In this document: one piece after another, positions 10,758 through 20,193 of the stretch | How the letters are laid out: each line of letters begins with the position of its first letter | Numbering within the stretch: the stretch's first letter is position 1 | DNA from: Lentisphaeria bacterium | Lineage (GTDB): Bacteria; Verrucomicrobiota; Lentisphaeria; Victivallales; JAADHT01 | NCBI GenBank assembly: GCA_015486135.1 | Contig: WFSE01000009.1 | Location: forward strand, 1 to 53,466 | Direction: 5' to 3' | DNA: 53,466 nt | Translations under genes and position numbers: made by a program | Notes under the pieces: generated by a model | What the model was told of the DNA's origin: nothing | Seen by the model: the letters and a program-made list of their open reading frames with translations, nothing else | Databases searched by the model: none

Positions 10758-11261
10758 CTATGCCCTCTTGGCCAAAAGTTTTCGGTAGATAGCGGTGTTC
10801 TGAGCGGAAAATGTTACGAAAATTGTTTTTTCCGGGAGGTCTTCCGTCCAATTAGAGACCGTGTCTACCGCTATCGAGGCGGCTTCTTCAGGTGGGTAAC
10901 CGAAAATTCCCGCGCTGACGCATGGGAACGCCACTGACCGACAACCGTTTTCAGCGGCTAATCGGAGACTGTTTTTGTAGCAAGAGCGTAATTTTTCGGA
11001 CTCGCCGGCGCGACCTCCGCGCCACTTGGGGCCGGGAGTGTGTATTACGTAGCGGCATGGAAGATTGTACGCCTTCGTTATAACCGCCTCGCCAGTGGGG
11101 CAACCACCTATTTTCAGGCATTCTTCCAGTAATTCAGGTCCGGCGGCCCTATGTATGGCCCCATCGACTCCACCCCCTCCGAGTAAACTCTCATTAGCGG
11201 CGTTGACGATAGCATCCACCTCCAAATCGGTGATGTCCGATTGAGAAATTTCGATTTCCAT
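10758..11261 (-). CDS. Macro-domain O-acetyl-ADP-ribose deacetylase (YmdB-like)
   Basis: DITDLEVDAIVNAAN, GGGGVDGAIH and AFPCVSAGIFGYP motifs. Confidence 0.93.
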   Translation of the reverse strand: MEIEISQSDITDLEVDAIVNAANESLLGGGGVDGAIHRAAGPELLEECLKIGGCPTGEAVITKAYNLPCRYVIHTPGPKWRGGRAGESEKLRSCYKNSLRLAAENGCRSVAFPCVSAGIFGYPPEEAASIAVDTVSNWTEDLPEKTIFVTFSAQNTAIYRKLLAKRA

Positions 11262-11280
11262 AGATCACACCTCCTAGTTA

Positions 11281-11451
11281 GGACTCACTGAACAATTGGC
11301 AAGAGCTTAATTGTCATTGGGGTAAAATCCCTTTTTAGCGGGTTCGTCGCTTAATCGCAAGCCCTCCATTTTATCCGCCATGGCCTTGGTGAAGGCGGAA
11401 GCCCGGAGGGCGGCGGAGAATCGGCACGTTTCCTCCTTTTTCAGCAAGCCC
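11281..11451 (-). mobile_element. MITE-like repeat with both termini
   Basis: GGACTCACTGAACAATTGGCAAG...TTTTTCAGCAAGCCC. Confidence 0.7.
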
Positions 11452-11604
11452 TGGCATGGGAAGATATAGGCGATGGGGCCAGCGGTCAAGCGATATCCGC
11501 TCGAAGATGTGTCGTCCCCAGTCGGGGAGGGGGCTTTTGAACGGGCCTTCTCGCCTCCTTTGACTTGCCTTCGCTAAAAAGAAGCACGATACATTGCGAA
11601 GCCG

Positions 11605-11630
11605 GCGCTTGGCAATTATTCAGGAGGCCC
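11605..11630 (+). repeat. MITE-like repeat (terminus)
   Basis: GCGCTTGGCAATTATTCAGGAGGCCC. Confidence 0.65.
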
Positions 11631-11643
11631 TATAGTACCCATT

Positions 11644-12078
11644 ATGAAAAGGATACTGGTGTTAAATGGTCCCAACATGAATTTGTTGGGTAGGAGGGAA
11701 CCGGAAATCTACGGGGTGGAGACCCTAGAGGATTTGGAGACGCGGCTCAGAGGTGTAGCGCAGGATTTGGGCGTGGAGGTCGAGTTTTTCCAAAGCAATC
11801 ACGAGGGCGACCTGGTGGATAAAATAGGCGAGTGTGTTGGCGGAAGCGATGGTATTGTGATAAATCCAGCCGCGTTCACGCACACGAGCGTGGCGATACG
11901 CGACGCTCTGGCGGCCGTCGATATCCCGGCGGTGGAGGTGCATCTCTCCAACATTCACGCTCGAGAGGAATATAGGCGGACTTCCATTACCGCGGAGCCA
12001 TGCGTGGGGCAGATATGCGGTTTTGGTTTGGCCGGGTACGAGCTGGCCCTCAGGGCGCTGGCTGGAATGGTGTGTTGA
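11644..12078 (+). CDS. aroQ: Type II 3-dehydroquinate dehydratase
   Basis: [33 protein letters not shown] and EVHLSN motifs. Confidence 0.97.
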   Translation: MKRILVLNGPNMNLLGRREPEIYGVETLEDLETRLRGVAQDLGVEVEFFQSNHEGDLVDKIGECVGGSDGIVINPAAFTHTSVAIRDALAAVDIPAVEVHLSNIHAREEYRRTSITAEPCVGQICGFGLAGYELALRALAGMVC

Positions 12079-12139
12079 TATGGCTAGGAGCCAGCTTCCA
12101 CCGCACGGTGGCGCGGCGCCAATCTAAGGAAATAACGCA

Positions 12140-12598
12140 ATGAAAATCGAAGAGATCAAAAACATCGTGCAGTTGATGTCCCAGCATGACTTGACCGAAT
12201 TCAAAATAGAGGCGGAGGAGACGCGTCTATGCATCAAGCGCGGCTCCGGAGGGGGTGTCGTGGCAACGTCTTCCGCTCCCATAATAACTCCAGCGGCGTT
12301 CCAACCTCCGCCAGTGGCGCAGCAACAGCAGATCGGGGAACCGGAAAAGAAAGAAGAAGCTCACCAGGAAACCATTGATTCTCCAATCGTGGGGACGTTC
12401 TACTGTGCTCCGTCGCCGGATGCCGAACCATTTGTAAAGGTTGGCGACTCCGTGACTCCGGACACCGTCGTTTGCATTGTCGAGGCGATGAAGGTTATGA
12501 ATGAGATAAAGGCCGAGAAGAGCGGTGTGATAAAAGAGGTGCTTGTCGAGAACGCTCAACCAGTAGAGTTCGGACAACCCTTGTTCGCGTTGGCGTAG
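12140..12598 (+). CDS. accB: Acetyl-CoA carboxylase biotin carboxyl carrier protein
   Basis: SPIVGTFY and EAMKVMNEI biotinylation motif. Confidence 0.96.
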   Translation: MKIEEIKNIVQLMSQHDLTEFKIEAEETRLCIKRGSGGGVVATSSAPIITPAAFQPPPVAQQQQIGEPEKKEEAHQETIDSPIVGTFYCAPSPDAEPFVKVGDSVTPDTVVCIVEAMKVMNEIKAEKSGVIKEVLVENAQPVEFGQPLFALA

Positions 12599-12607
12599 GG
12601 GGAAACG

Positions 12608-13966
12608 ATGTTTGATAGAGTACTTATCGCCAATCGCGGGGAGATCGCCCTCCGTATTATACGTGCCTGCAAGGAGCTGGGGGTCGAGACCGTGGCGGTC
12701 TACTCCTCGGCGGACGAGTACAGTCTGCACACGCAGCTGGCAGACCATTCCATATGTATAGGTCCGCCACAATCAACTGATAGCTATCTGCTCATTCATC
12801 AAATAATCAGTGCAGCCGAGATATGCGATGTCGACGCTATACATCCAGGCTACGGTTTCCTCGCCGAAAACGCGCACTTCGCGGAGATATGCGCGTCGTG
12901 TGGAATAAAATTCATCGGCCCTGGAGCGGAGCAGATCAATGCTATGGGGGACAAGGCTAAAGCGCGCGACACCATGCGCGCCGCCGGAGTCCCTATCACG
13001 CCGGGAAGCGATGGCGAGATAGAGGACGAGGATACGGCCCGCAAGGTGGCGGACAAAATGGGGTATCCAGTAATGATAAAAGCCTCGGCGGGTGGCGGTG
13101 GCAAGGGAATGCGGGTGGCTCACAACGCAGCCAGCTTGATCCAGGGGTTCCATGCCGCTAAGCGAGAGGCCGAACGGGCTTTCGGAAACGGTGGCGTGTA
13201 CATAGAGAAATATATCGAAAATCCAAGGCATATCGAGTTCCAAATACTCGCCGACGAGCATGGAAACGTGGTCCACTTGGGAGAGCGCGACTGCAGTCTG
13301 CAACGGAGACACCAGAAGCTTATTGAAGAGTCACCTTCTCCCGTGCTGGACCAGGAAACTCGCGAGAAAATGGGGGCGGCGGCGGTTAAAGCCGCGGCGG
13401 CCGCGAACTATACCAATGCGGGAACCATAGAGTTTCTATTGTCGGAGTCGGGCGAGTTCTTTTTTATGGAGATGAACACTAGAATTCAGGTCGAGCATCC
13501 GGTGACGGAGGAAATTACCGGGATAGACTTGATAAAAGAGCAGCTAAAAATAGCATCTGGAGAGCCACTGGCGTTTTCGCAAGAGGACGTGAAGTTTTGC
13601 GGGCATGCTATAGAGTGCAGAGTGAATGCCGAGAATCCACAAACCAATTTTACGCCTTCACCGGGCAAGGTGGACATATATTGCCCGCCTGGAGGAATGG
13701 GGGTAAGAGTCGATTCACACGTGTATTCCGGCTTCACGATAAGCCCCTACTACGATAGCATGATTGCAAAACTCATCGTGCGCGCCCCGACAAGGGAGGA
13801 GGCTATTGCCAAGTGCGAGAGGGCTTTGGATGAATTTATAATAGAAGGCGTTCACACGTCTATCCCGTTCGCTAAATTCCTTCTGGGCTCCAAGGAGTTC
13901 GTGGAGGGCAAATATGATACGGGATACATAGAAAGAGTGATGAAGAGTGGCATATTCTCCGGATAA
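12608..13966 (+). CDS. accC: Acetyl-CoA carboxylase biotin carboxylase
   Basis: [40 protein letters not shown] and YYDSMIAK motifs. Confidence 0.97.
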   Translation: MFDRVLIANRGEIALRIIRACKELGVETVAVYSSADEYSLHTQLADHSICIGPPQSTDSYLLIHQIISAAEICDVDAIHPGYGFLAENAHFAEICASCGIKFIGPGAEQINAMGDKAKARDTMRAAGVPITPGSDGEIEDEDTARKVADKMGYPVMIKASAGGGGKGMRVAHNAASLIQGFHAAKREAERAFGNGGVYIEKYIENPRHIEFQILADEHGNVVHLGERDCSLQRRHQKLIEESPSPVLDQETREKMGAAAVKAAAAANYTNAGTIEFLLSESGEFFFMEMNTRIQVEHPVTEEITGIDLIKEQLKIASGEPLAFSQEDVKFCGHAIECRVNAENPQTNFTPSPGKVDIYCPPGGMGVRVDSHVYSGFTISPYYDSMIAKLIVRAPTREEAIAKCERALDEFIIEGVHTSIPFAKFLLGSKEFVEGKYDTGYIERVMKSGIFSG

Positions 13967-13992
13967 GGGGAAGCCAACAGAAGGAGGACGAT

Positions 13993-14409
13993 ATGAAAGA
14001 TTCAAAGAGAAGAAGGAAGCAAAGCACGTTGCCGGGGGCCACGTCCGCCAACGGAGGTGAGCTCGGACTCATACACATCCACGAGAATGTTATTGCCTCG
14101 GCTGTTCGCAAGGCCACGTGCTCGGTTGATGGTGTCGTCAGATTGGCTGGTAGCGCGCTGGTGAACAATATCGCCGAGTTGATAGGCAACAAGACTATCG
14201 GGGACAGAGCTATTTCCGTGGATATCGACGGGGCGACGGTGGCTATCGATGTCAAGGTCAATATGGTGTATGGCACCCATGTCCCCACCGTGGCGGCAAG
14301 TGTTCAGAGCGCTGTCATCAACGAGGTGGAAAAAATCACGGGAATGACCGTGACGTGCGTTAATGTCGTGGTTCAGGAGCTTGACGAGGATGCCGCCGAG
14401 GATGAGTAA
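13993..14409 (+). CDS. Asp23/Gls24 family protein
   Basis: IHENVIASA...VDGV, YGTHVPTVAASVQ...VEKITGMTVTCVNVVV. Confidence 0.9.
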   Translation: MKDSKRRRKQSTLPGATSANGGELGLIHIHENVIASAVRKATCSVDGVVRLAGSALVNNIAELIGNKTIGDRAISVDIDGATVAIDVKVNMVYGTHVPTVAASVQSAVINEVEKITGMTVTCVNVVVQELDEDAAEDE

Positions 14410-14461
14410 TTCTCTTCCCGGGGACCCTCGAACGGGCGCTAGACGTTCATAGGAGATTGTC

Positions 14462-14938
14462 ATGGCAATATATCAGTGGTTGTTCGGTGCCGGAGGCGAC
14501 GAGTTTCTTGGGAATTTTAAAGCCGGATATATCACTGGCGTGGCCGTTGTCCTTACGCTGATTTTGTTGCTGAAACTCCTTTTCTTCTCTTCCAAAAATA
14601 GCGTCAAAGAGGTGACTATTCCCAACCCGGACGGTGATTTGGTGATATCCTCCAAGGCTATTGCCGACATGGTGCGCGCATTGGTGTCGGCCAAATTCCG
14701 CCATCTCTCCGTCACTAAAATAAACGTTGTGAAAAGAAGAGATGGCTTGGCATTGGAGGTGATTGGGAACTTCCATTTGGACGGAGGGAACCTGCCCTGT
14801 TTGATTGACGATTTTAGACGGGAGGTTTTCAAAAATCTTGACGCCCGATTGGGGATAACCGAGATCAAGAAGGTAATTCCGCATATTTCCAAGGCTCCGG
14901 CCACGGGGAAAACATTTTCCTCGCCGTCTTCTTCTTGA
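14462..14938 (+). CDS. Membrane-anchored protein, AmaP-like
   Basis: N-terminal TM helix followed by GDLVISSKAIADMV; directly after asp23. Confidence 0.55.
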   Translation: MAIYQWLFGAGGDEFLGNFKAGYITGVAVVLTLILLLKLLFFSSKNSVKEVTIPNPDGDLVISSKAIADMVRALVSAKFRHLSVTKINVVKRRDGLALEVIGNFHLDGGNLPCLIDDFRREVFKNLDARLGITEIKKVIPHISKAPATGKTFSSPSSS

Positions 14939-14977
14939 CCCGACGAGTGTTGCCCTCCATGTGGGAAACACGTCGAC

Positions 14978-15433
14978 TCATTCGCAATCCGCGCTCTCGG
15001 CCTTTATGTCTATTGCATCCTCCGATTTCATAGGGATGCGGTCAAGGTCAATCTCCATGTGCGCATTTGTCGATTCGCGGTATTTGCGCTTTAACCATGC
15101 GAATATAGCGGTCCGCGTGGGAGGGAGGAGAAGAGTCAGTCCTGCTATATCCGTGACGAGTCCGGGAATTATGAGAAGGACCGCCGCCATGAGGAACGCA
15201 ACCGTATCCACAATGTGCTTCCCGGGAGGGCCGGAAACCGTGTTGCCATCAAGAAGATCTTTAATCGCGACTTTAGCGTTCTCTTTGGCTATGAACGCTC
15301 CGAGTACCCCAGTGCCAAGCGCTATTGTCAACGTGGGGTATAGCCCTATAAGGGAGGCCACAAAACCAAGAGCCGACAACTCTACCACAGCCAGTAGTGC
15401 TAAAAACGCGAAAAGCGTCAGCAAGATTCTCAT
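14978..15433 (-). CDS. fxsA: FxsA family membrane protein
   Basis: VELSAL...TGVLG and LLIIPGLVTDIAGLTLLLPPTR; start trimmed to the ATG at 15433 overlapping the cdsA stop. Confidence 0.85.
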   Translation of the reverse strand: MRILLTLFAFLALLAVVELSALGFVASLIGLYPTLTIALGTGVLGAFIAKENAKVAIKDLLDGNTVSGPPGKHIVDTVAFLMAAVLLIIPGLVTDIAGLTLLLPPTRTAIFAWLKRKYRESTNAHMEIDLDRIPMKSEDAIDIKAESADCE

Positions 15434-16287
15434 GACGCGTATTTGCCGGCAAGCGTTAGAAATAGGAAAAATAACGGAGCGTCGAGAAGCAAGCTGTCCA
15501 CTATATCCAATGCTCCTCCCATCCCGGGAATCCAACTCCCGGAATCTTTCGCTCCAGCGGCGCGCTTGAGCGCCGATTCGGCCAAATCCCCGAAAAAGCC
15601 CCCGACAAAAAGAACGGCGCCAAGAATGGCCGGAAGCGTTAGCCCATCGCCGAGCCCGCCTGGAAGAAGCCATCTGAACGCCAAGGCTATTCCGACGCTG
15701 GCGCCTAAGCCGCCAAGCGTTCCCTCCCATGACTTTTTTGGGCTGACTTTGGGGACGATCTTATGGTTGCCTCCTGGTAGCAGTTTCGCAGTGACGGTGC
15801 CGACGGCGTAGGCCCCGGTATCGCCCATTTTGACGACTAGGAGAAGAAATAAAAATGCATCTTTACCCCCATCGTCCGAAAGATATACGATGACAAGAAA
15901 GCCCAAAGGAATCAATAGCGCGGGTAACGCTGAGAATGATACCGCTGTTTTAACCAATGTGCCGCATGGGTCGCGGGCGCTGATTGGGGTTAGCCATGCG
16001 GCAGCAATGAGCACTAGGACGACCGTTCCTATTATCGGTGCGGGATCGTTGAGAGCGACGAGGCAACCCATCAAGGCCGCCGAAACTGCGGCGGTCAACA
16101 GGGGTCTCGATGGCGCTCCGAGCTTTTCTAGCAGAGAAAGATATTCCGCTACAGCCGCGAAGACTATACCCATGCCAAACACTAGAAACGCGGCGCGTCC
16201 ATACCACTCCTTTAAAAATATGGAGGCGAGAACCAACGCGCCCAACGTGAGCCCGCTGCATAATCTGTAGCCTAACCCGTTTTTCAT
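15430..16287 (-). CDS. cdsA: Phosphatidate cytidylyltransferase
   Basis: DTGAYAVG, SPKKSWEG and GDLAESALKRAAGAKDSGSWIPGMGGALDIVDS motifs. Confidence 0.95.
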   Translation of the reverse strand: MKNGLGYRLCSGLTLGALVLASIFLKEWYGRAAFLVFGMGIVFAAVAEYLSLLEKLGAPSRPLLTAAVSAALMGCLVALNDPAPIIGTVVLVLIAAAWLTPISARDPCGTLVKTAVSFSALPALLIPLGFLVIVYLSDDGGKDAFLFLLLVVKMGDTGAYAVGTVTAKLLPGGNHKIVPKVSPKKSWEGTLGGLGASVGIALAFRWLLPGGLGDGLTLPAILGAVLFVGGFFGDLAESALKRAAGAKDSGSWIPGMGGALDIVDSLLLDAPLFFLFLTLAGKYAS

Positions 16288-17003
16288 TTCCTGCCCCCGA
16301 ATCGCCGTTGCCGAGCCTTGAAATCAGCTATCGCCTGTTCTAGATCGCTTCTCCCGAAGTCGGGCCACAACGTCTCGGTGAACCATAATTCCGTGTACGA
16401 AAGTTCCCATAGAAGAAAGTTGCTGAGACGCTTTTCTCCGCTAGTCCGTATCATTAGGTCGGGATCCGGAATGTCGGGAGCGTAGAGGTGACGCGCAATC
16501 AAAGCCTCGTTTACATTTATCGCACTGATTTTTCCCGCCGCCACTTCCGTCGCTATGGATTGCGCCGCATCCGCTATCTCCGCTCGCCCACCGTAGTTTA
16601 GCGCTACTACTAAGTTGTTGTTGGTGTTGGCGCGGGTGGTTTCAATGGCGTGTTCGATTTTCGCCAACGTGCTTCTGGGAATACGACTTTTCCTGCCTAT
16701 GACGCGGAGTTTGGTGCCTTTTTCCATCATGTCGTCGAGGTTGTCGTCTATTGTATCTCCTAGTAGACGCATAAGAGCCGACACTTCCCTAGGGGAACGC
16801 CGCCAGTTCTCAGTGCTGAATGCGTATAGAGTGAGAAACGTAACCCCGAGCTCCCAAGCGGCTTCGGCGGTCCGGCGAACGGCCTTGCCCCCAGCCTTGT
16901 GCCCCTCTATTTTGGGTAGCCCACGCTGCTCCGCCCAACGTCCGTTTCCGTCCATTATTATCGCTATATGCGCTGGAACCTCGAGGCTCTTAGCCGACGC
17001 CAT
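16284..17003 (-). CDS. uppS: Undecaprenyl-diphosphate synthase
   Basis: HIAIIMDGNGRWA, YAFSTENW, NYGGR and IRTSGEKRLSNFLLW motifs; start trimmed to MASAKS. Confidence 0.96.
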   Translation of the reverse strand: MASAKSLEVPAHIAIIMDGNGRWAEQRGLPKIEGHKAGGKAVRRTAEAAWELGVTFLTLYAFSTENWRRSPREVSALMRLLGDTIDDNLDDMMEKGTKLRVIGRKSRIPRSTLAKIEHAIETTRANTNNNLVVALNYGGRAEIADAAQSIATEVAAGKISAINVNEALIARHLYAPDIPDPDLMIRTSGEKRLSNFLLWELSYTELWFTETLWPDFGRSDLEQAIADFKARQRRFGGRK

Positions 17004-17631
17004 GGAACTTCTCCTCAAGCATGGCGCATAGCGCATGGTAGATTGGAAGATGCAACTCCTGAGCTCGATGAGTCTCCGGTTCCGGTACCGCAATGATGGT
17101 GTCGGCCCAACGAGCGCATTCGCCGCTCCTGGCACCGGTGAGCGCCACACTGGCGATTCCACGGGCCTTGGACACCTTGAGCGCATTGAGGACGTTTTTT
17201 GAATTGCCCGATGTGCTTATCGCTATTAGCGCATCCCCAGGAGTCCCTAAAACATGAAGTTGCTGGGCGAACACCATGCTCGGATCAACATCGTTGGCGA
17301 ACGCCGTCGCCAACGATGGGTGCCCCACTAGCGAGACCGCCTTTATCCCTCCCTGAAGGGCGCTGGCCAATCTCTTCCCCTCGTCCCTACCGCATGCGTC
17401 CAGCAACGCGTTGGAATGCTCTTCGCTTAAAGGGCGCTTCAAGAGAAAGCCTTTCATAAGCTCGCCAACTATGTGCTCGGCATCAGCGGCGCTGCCTCCA
17501 TTTCCGCATGTGAATATTGTGCCTCCACCATCAACGGCGAATGATAACAACTCGAATGCGGAGTCAAAGGATTCCTCCACAGGCGCAAGCGCCGGGAACC
17601 GCCCAAAAAGATCCATCTTGTGTTGACTCAT
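16990..17631 (-). CDS. gmhA: SIS-domain phosphoheptose isomerase
   Basis: CGNGGSAADAEHIVGEL, ISTSGNS and QELHL motifs. Confidence 0.85.
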   Translation of the reverse strand: MSQHKMDLFGRFPALAPVEESFDSAFELLSFAVDGGGTIFTCGNGGSAADAEHIVGELMKGFLLKRPLSEEHSNALLDACGRDEGKRLASALQGGIKAVSLVGHPSLATAFANDVDPSMVFAQQLHVLGTPGDALIAISTSGNSKNVLNALKVSKARGIASVALTGARSGECARWADTIIAVPEPETHRAQELHLPIYHALCAMLEEKFHGVG

Positions 17632-17690
17632 TATGCTTGTACCCAATTCAAACCGTGGCTAATCCCAGGAATTTTGTCGGCGGATTGGCG

Positions 17691-18059
17691 TTATCCCTTC
17701 AAATGTTTTTGTACGGCGGCAAGAAGCTCCGCGGGACTGAAGGGTTTGGTCATGAAATCGGTCGCTCCCGCCGCTTTCGCCTCCTCTTCCGAGTTTTCTC
17801 GCAGCTGACTGGTCAATATCAATATCGGAACATTGCCATGCGTCTTGTTCGCTCTGAATTTAGCGCACAACTCCGTGCCGGTTATAGCTGGCATGCGTAT
17901 GTCGAGAATAACCAAATCCGGAGCTATCTCTTCAATCCGATCCAACGCAGCTAACCCGTCTGTCTCGGTCACAACATCGCACCCACATTTGTTGAGGTTG
18001 TACCGAATCAGTTTCAGCATAAATGGCTGGTCGTCTATGACGAGCACCCTTCTACTCAT
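17691..18059 (-). CDS. Single-domain response regulator receiver
   Basis: VLVIDD, ILDIRMP, ILILTS and TKPFS motifs. Confidence 0.93.
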   Translation of the reverse strand: MSRRVLVIDDQPFMLKLIRYNLNKCGCDVVTETDGLAALDRIEEIAPDLVILDIRMPAITGTELCAKFRANKTHGNVPILILTSQLRENSEEEAKAAGATDFMTKPFSPAELLAAVQKHLKG

Positions 18060-18744
18060 TATCAATATATCCCTTGCCTCGCTTGACATCCGCTATCCAT
18101 TCGCCTTCGTGCCATACCACGCAATAATCGGCTCTGAGATAACGGTTTTGGGTCTTGAGATAGAAAGCCTCGAATTCCTTGAACGCCCAAAGTAATGAAA
18201 GGTAAAACCCAGCGTCCGAAGAATGCAATCGACCCTCGCGGTCTTCAACAGACACTATCTCGTTCACATAGGCAACTTCTTGCAAAATCGCCAGGTAAAC
18301 CAAATAGGGCTCGGGTAGTTTCGCTAGTTCCATCATGAAGCGGGCTTGACGGCGTTGCTTGAAATCCAATCCTATTTCTTCGGCAGAACGTGCCCCGGAG
18401 GAAAACATCTCGGCAAAAAGTAACAACCCTACCGCATCGACATCAAATACGCTATCCTCCCCGTCAACCTTCGATACTGGTCGCACAATCTCCCCAGACA
18501 ACAACGAGAAGCGCTCCGGACGCACGCCGAAGCGAATTTCCGATTTTGTCTTGTCATCAAAATAAGGCACCACCAAAGCAGCCGCCATCGAGGACGGAAC
18601 CGACGACGAATTGACTTCGTCCACTACTTGTTGAAGAAACGCTAGAGAGTCGGGAGACACAAATGCCTCGTCAGTAATGGAAACAGTTTTGATATTTTTC
18701 CAAAACCCAGCTAGTGTATTAGACTTTAATCGTCTTTTCGCCAT
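18052..18744 (-). CDS. Hypothetical protein
   Basis: 230-aa ORF with ATG and GGAG RBS, overlapping the receiver gene; no family recognised. Confidence 0.7.
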   Translation of the reverse strand: MAKRRLKSNTLAGFWKNIKTVSITDEAFVSPDSLAFLQQVVDEVNSSSVPSSMAAALVVPYFDDKTKSEIRFGVRPERFSLLSGEIVRPVSKVDGEDSVFDVDAVGLLLFAEMFSSGARSAEEIGLDFKQRRQARFMMELAKLPEPYLVYLAILQEVAYVNEIVSVEDREGRLHSSDAGFYLSLLWAFKEFEAFYLKTQNRYLRADYCVVWHEGEWIADVKRGKGYIDNE

Positions 18745-18850
18745 GCGGGTGCTCCATTCTTTCGAGCATCAAAAAGGACCGTGCCGTAGCAACGACACGA
18801 AGCACATAGTACAATAGCATTGGCGTTGCCGAAAATCAAGGAAGAGTGGA

Positions 18851-20146
18851 ATGGTGAAATCTACAACGGGTCGCTTCTCCGAAAGAGTGCTTTCGCTGGC
18901 GGTAACGGGATTGGGGAATGTCGAGTCCGGTCGTACGCTGGATGATGTTGTTGACGATGTCAGGTCCGACCCTGTTGGCTCTGTCGTGGCGGATATCCTC
19001 TTCAAGTACTACCGTCGCAAGGGGGTGGTCGATTATCTCCTCTCAATGGCGCTTTCCAGCATTGATGCGGGGAAATTGCCGGCTAGAACTCGGCGATTGG
19101 CTGTGGTCGTGATGGTGCAGTCGCTTTTTCAGACTGGGGTTCCCCCCGAATCGGCGGCGAACGTGGCGGTGGGATTTCTTCGCAGAAAAGCCGGGGGGAG
19201 GACCGCTGGGTTTCTGAACGCCATTTTGAGAACGGCGTTGTCCATGGACTTGGAAAGAACATTGGCCGATGCGCCGGAATGCGTGGCCGCATGCGTTCCG
19301 GAACTCTTTCTTCAGCGATGGTCGGAGGCCGGAGGAAGTCGCGCTAAACTACTTCTAGAAGCGCGACAATTGATCGAAGCACAACCACCTTTGGCGTTCA
19401 GGGTAGTAGGCAACTCTATTTCCGACGCGGAACTCGCGGATGCCGGGTGCTCCCGGTTGAGTGTGCCAGGCATCTCCGGTGAATTTCATTTCTATCATAC
19501 ATGTCAACCCTTCGTTTTTTTCAAGCGCGGTTGGGTTGATGACGGACGGGCGCGGGTCCAGGATCCAGCTACAGCGTTGCCAATCGCGTTGCTCGAGGGC
19601 GCAGATGTGGCCAATTGGAAAAACGGATTAGTGTTGGACCTTTGCTCTGCTCCAGGGGGGAAAACTCTCAGACTGGCGGAGCTATTGAACAAATCCGCCT
19701 GCCTGGTCGCCTGTGATATATCCAAACGCAGAATGAACAGGCTTCTCGTCAATTTGGACACCGCGGATACTAATGTTTGTTGTGTGGTTTCATCGGCTCT
19801 GGCTCCACCATTCCTTCCGGAATCGGCGGACTTGGTAATTCTTGATGTGCCATGCTCCAACACGGGGGTATTCAGGCGTCGTCCCGATGTCCTGTGGAAT
19901 TTTTCCGAACGCAAGCTTGCCGAGTTGACCATGCTCCAAAAAGCGATACTAGATGCCGCAGCCAATTTGATCAAGCATGGGGGCGTTGTCTTATACAGCA
20001 CTTGCAGCCTGGAGGCGGAAGAGAACGAGGAATGCGTGAAGAATTTTGTCAATCTTCATCCGGAATTCCGAAAGGTCTCGGACCAATTACTATTTCCGAC
20101 ATCCCATAACGACGGCGCTTATGCCGCCGTTTTACTGAGGGATTGA
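18851..20146 (+). CDS. rsmB: RsmB/NOP2-family RNA m5C methyltransferase with NusB-like N-terminus
   Basis: VQDPA, DLCSAPGGKT, DVPCSNTG and YSTCSL motifs. Confidence 0.85.
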   Translation: MVKSTTGRFSERVLSLAVTGLGNVESGRTLDDVVDDVRSDPVGSVVADILFKYYRRKGVVDYLLSMALSSIDAGKLPARTRRLAVVVMVQSLFQTGVPPESAANVAVGFLRRKAGGRTAGFLNAILRTALSMDLERTLADAPECVAACVPELFLQRWSEAGGSRAKLLLEARQLIEAQPPLAFRVVGNSISDAELADAGCSRLSVPGISGEFHFYHTCQPFVFFKRGWVDDGRARVQDPATALPIALLEGADVANWKNGLVLDLCSAPGGKTLRLAELLNKSACLVACDISKRRMNRLLVNLDTADTNVCCVVSSALAPPFLPESADLVILDVPCSNTGVFRRRPDVLWNFSERKLAELTMLQKAILDAAANLIKHGGVVLYSTCSLEAEENEECVKNFVNLHPEFRKVSDQLLFPTSHNDGAYAAVLLRD

Positions 20147-20193
20147 ATTGTAAGCAATTTTAGGTCATTTCGGATTTTTGGACTAGCTCAAAC

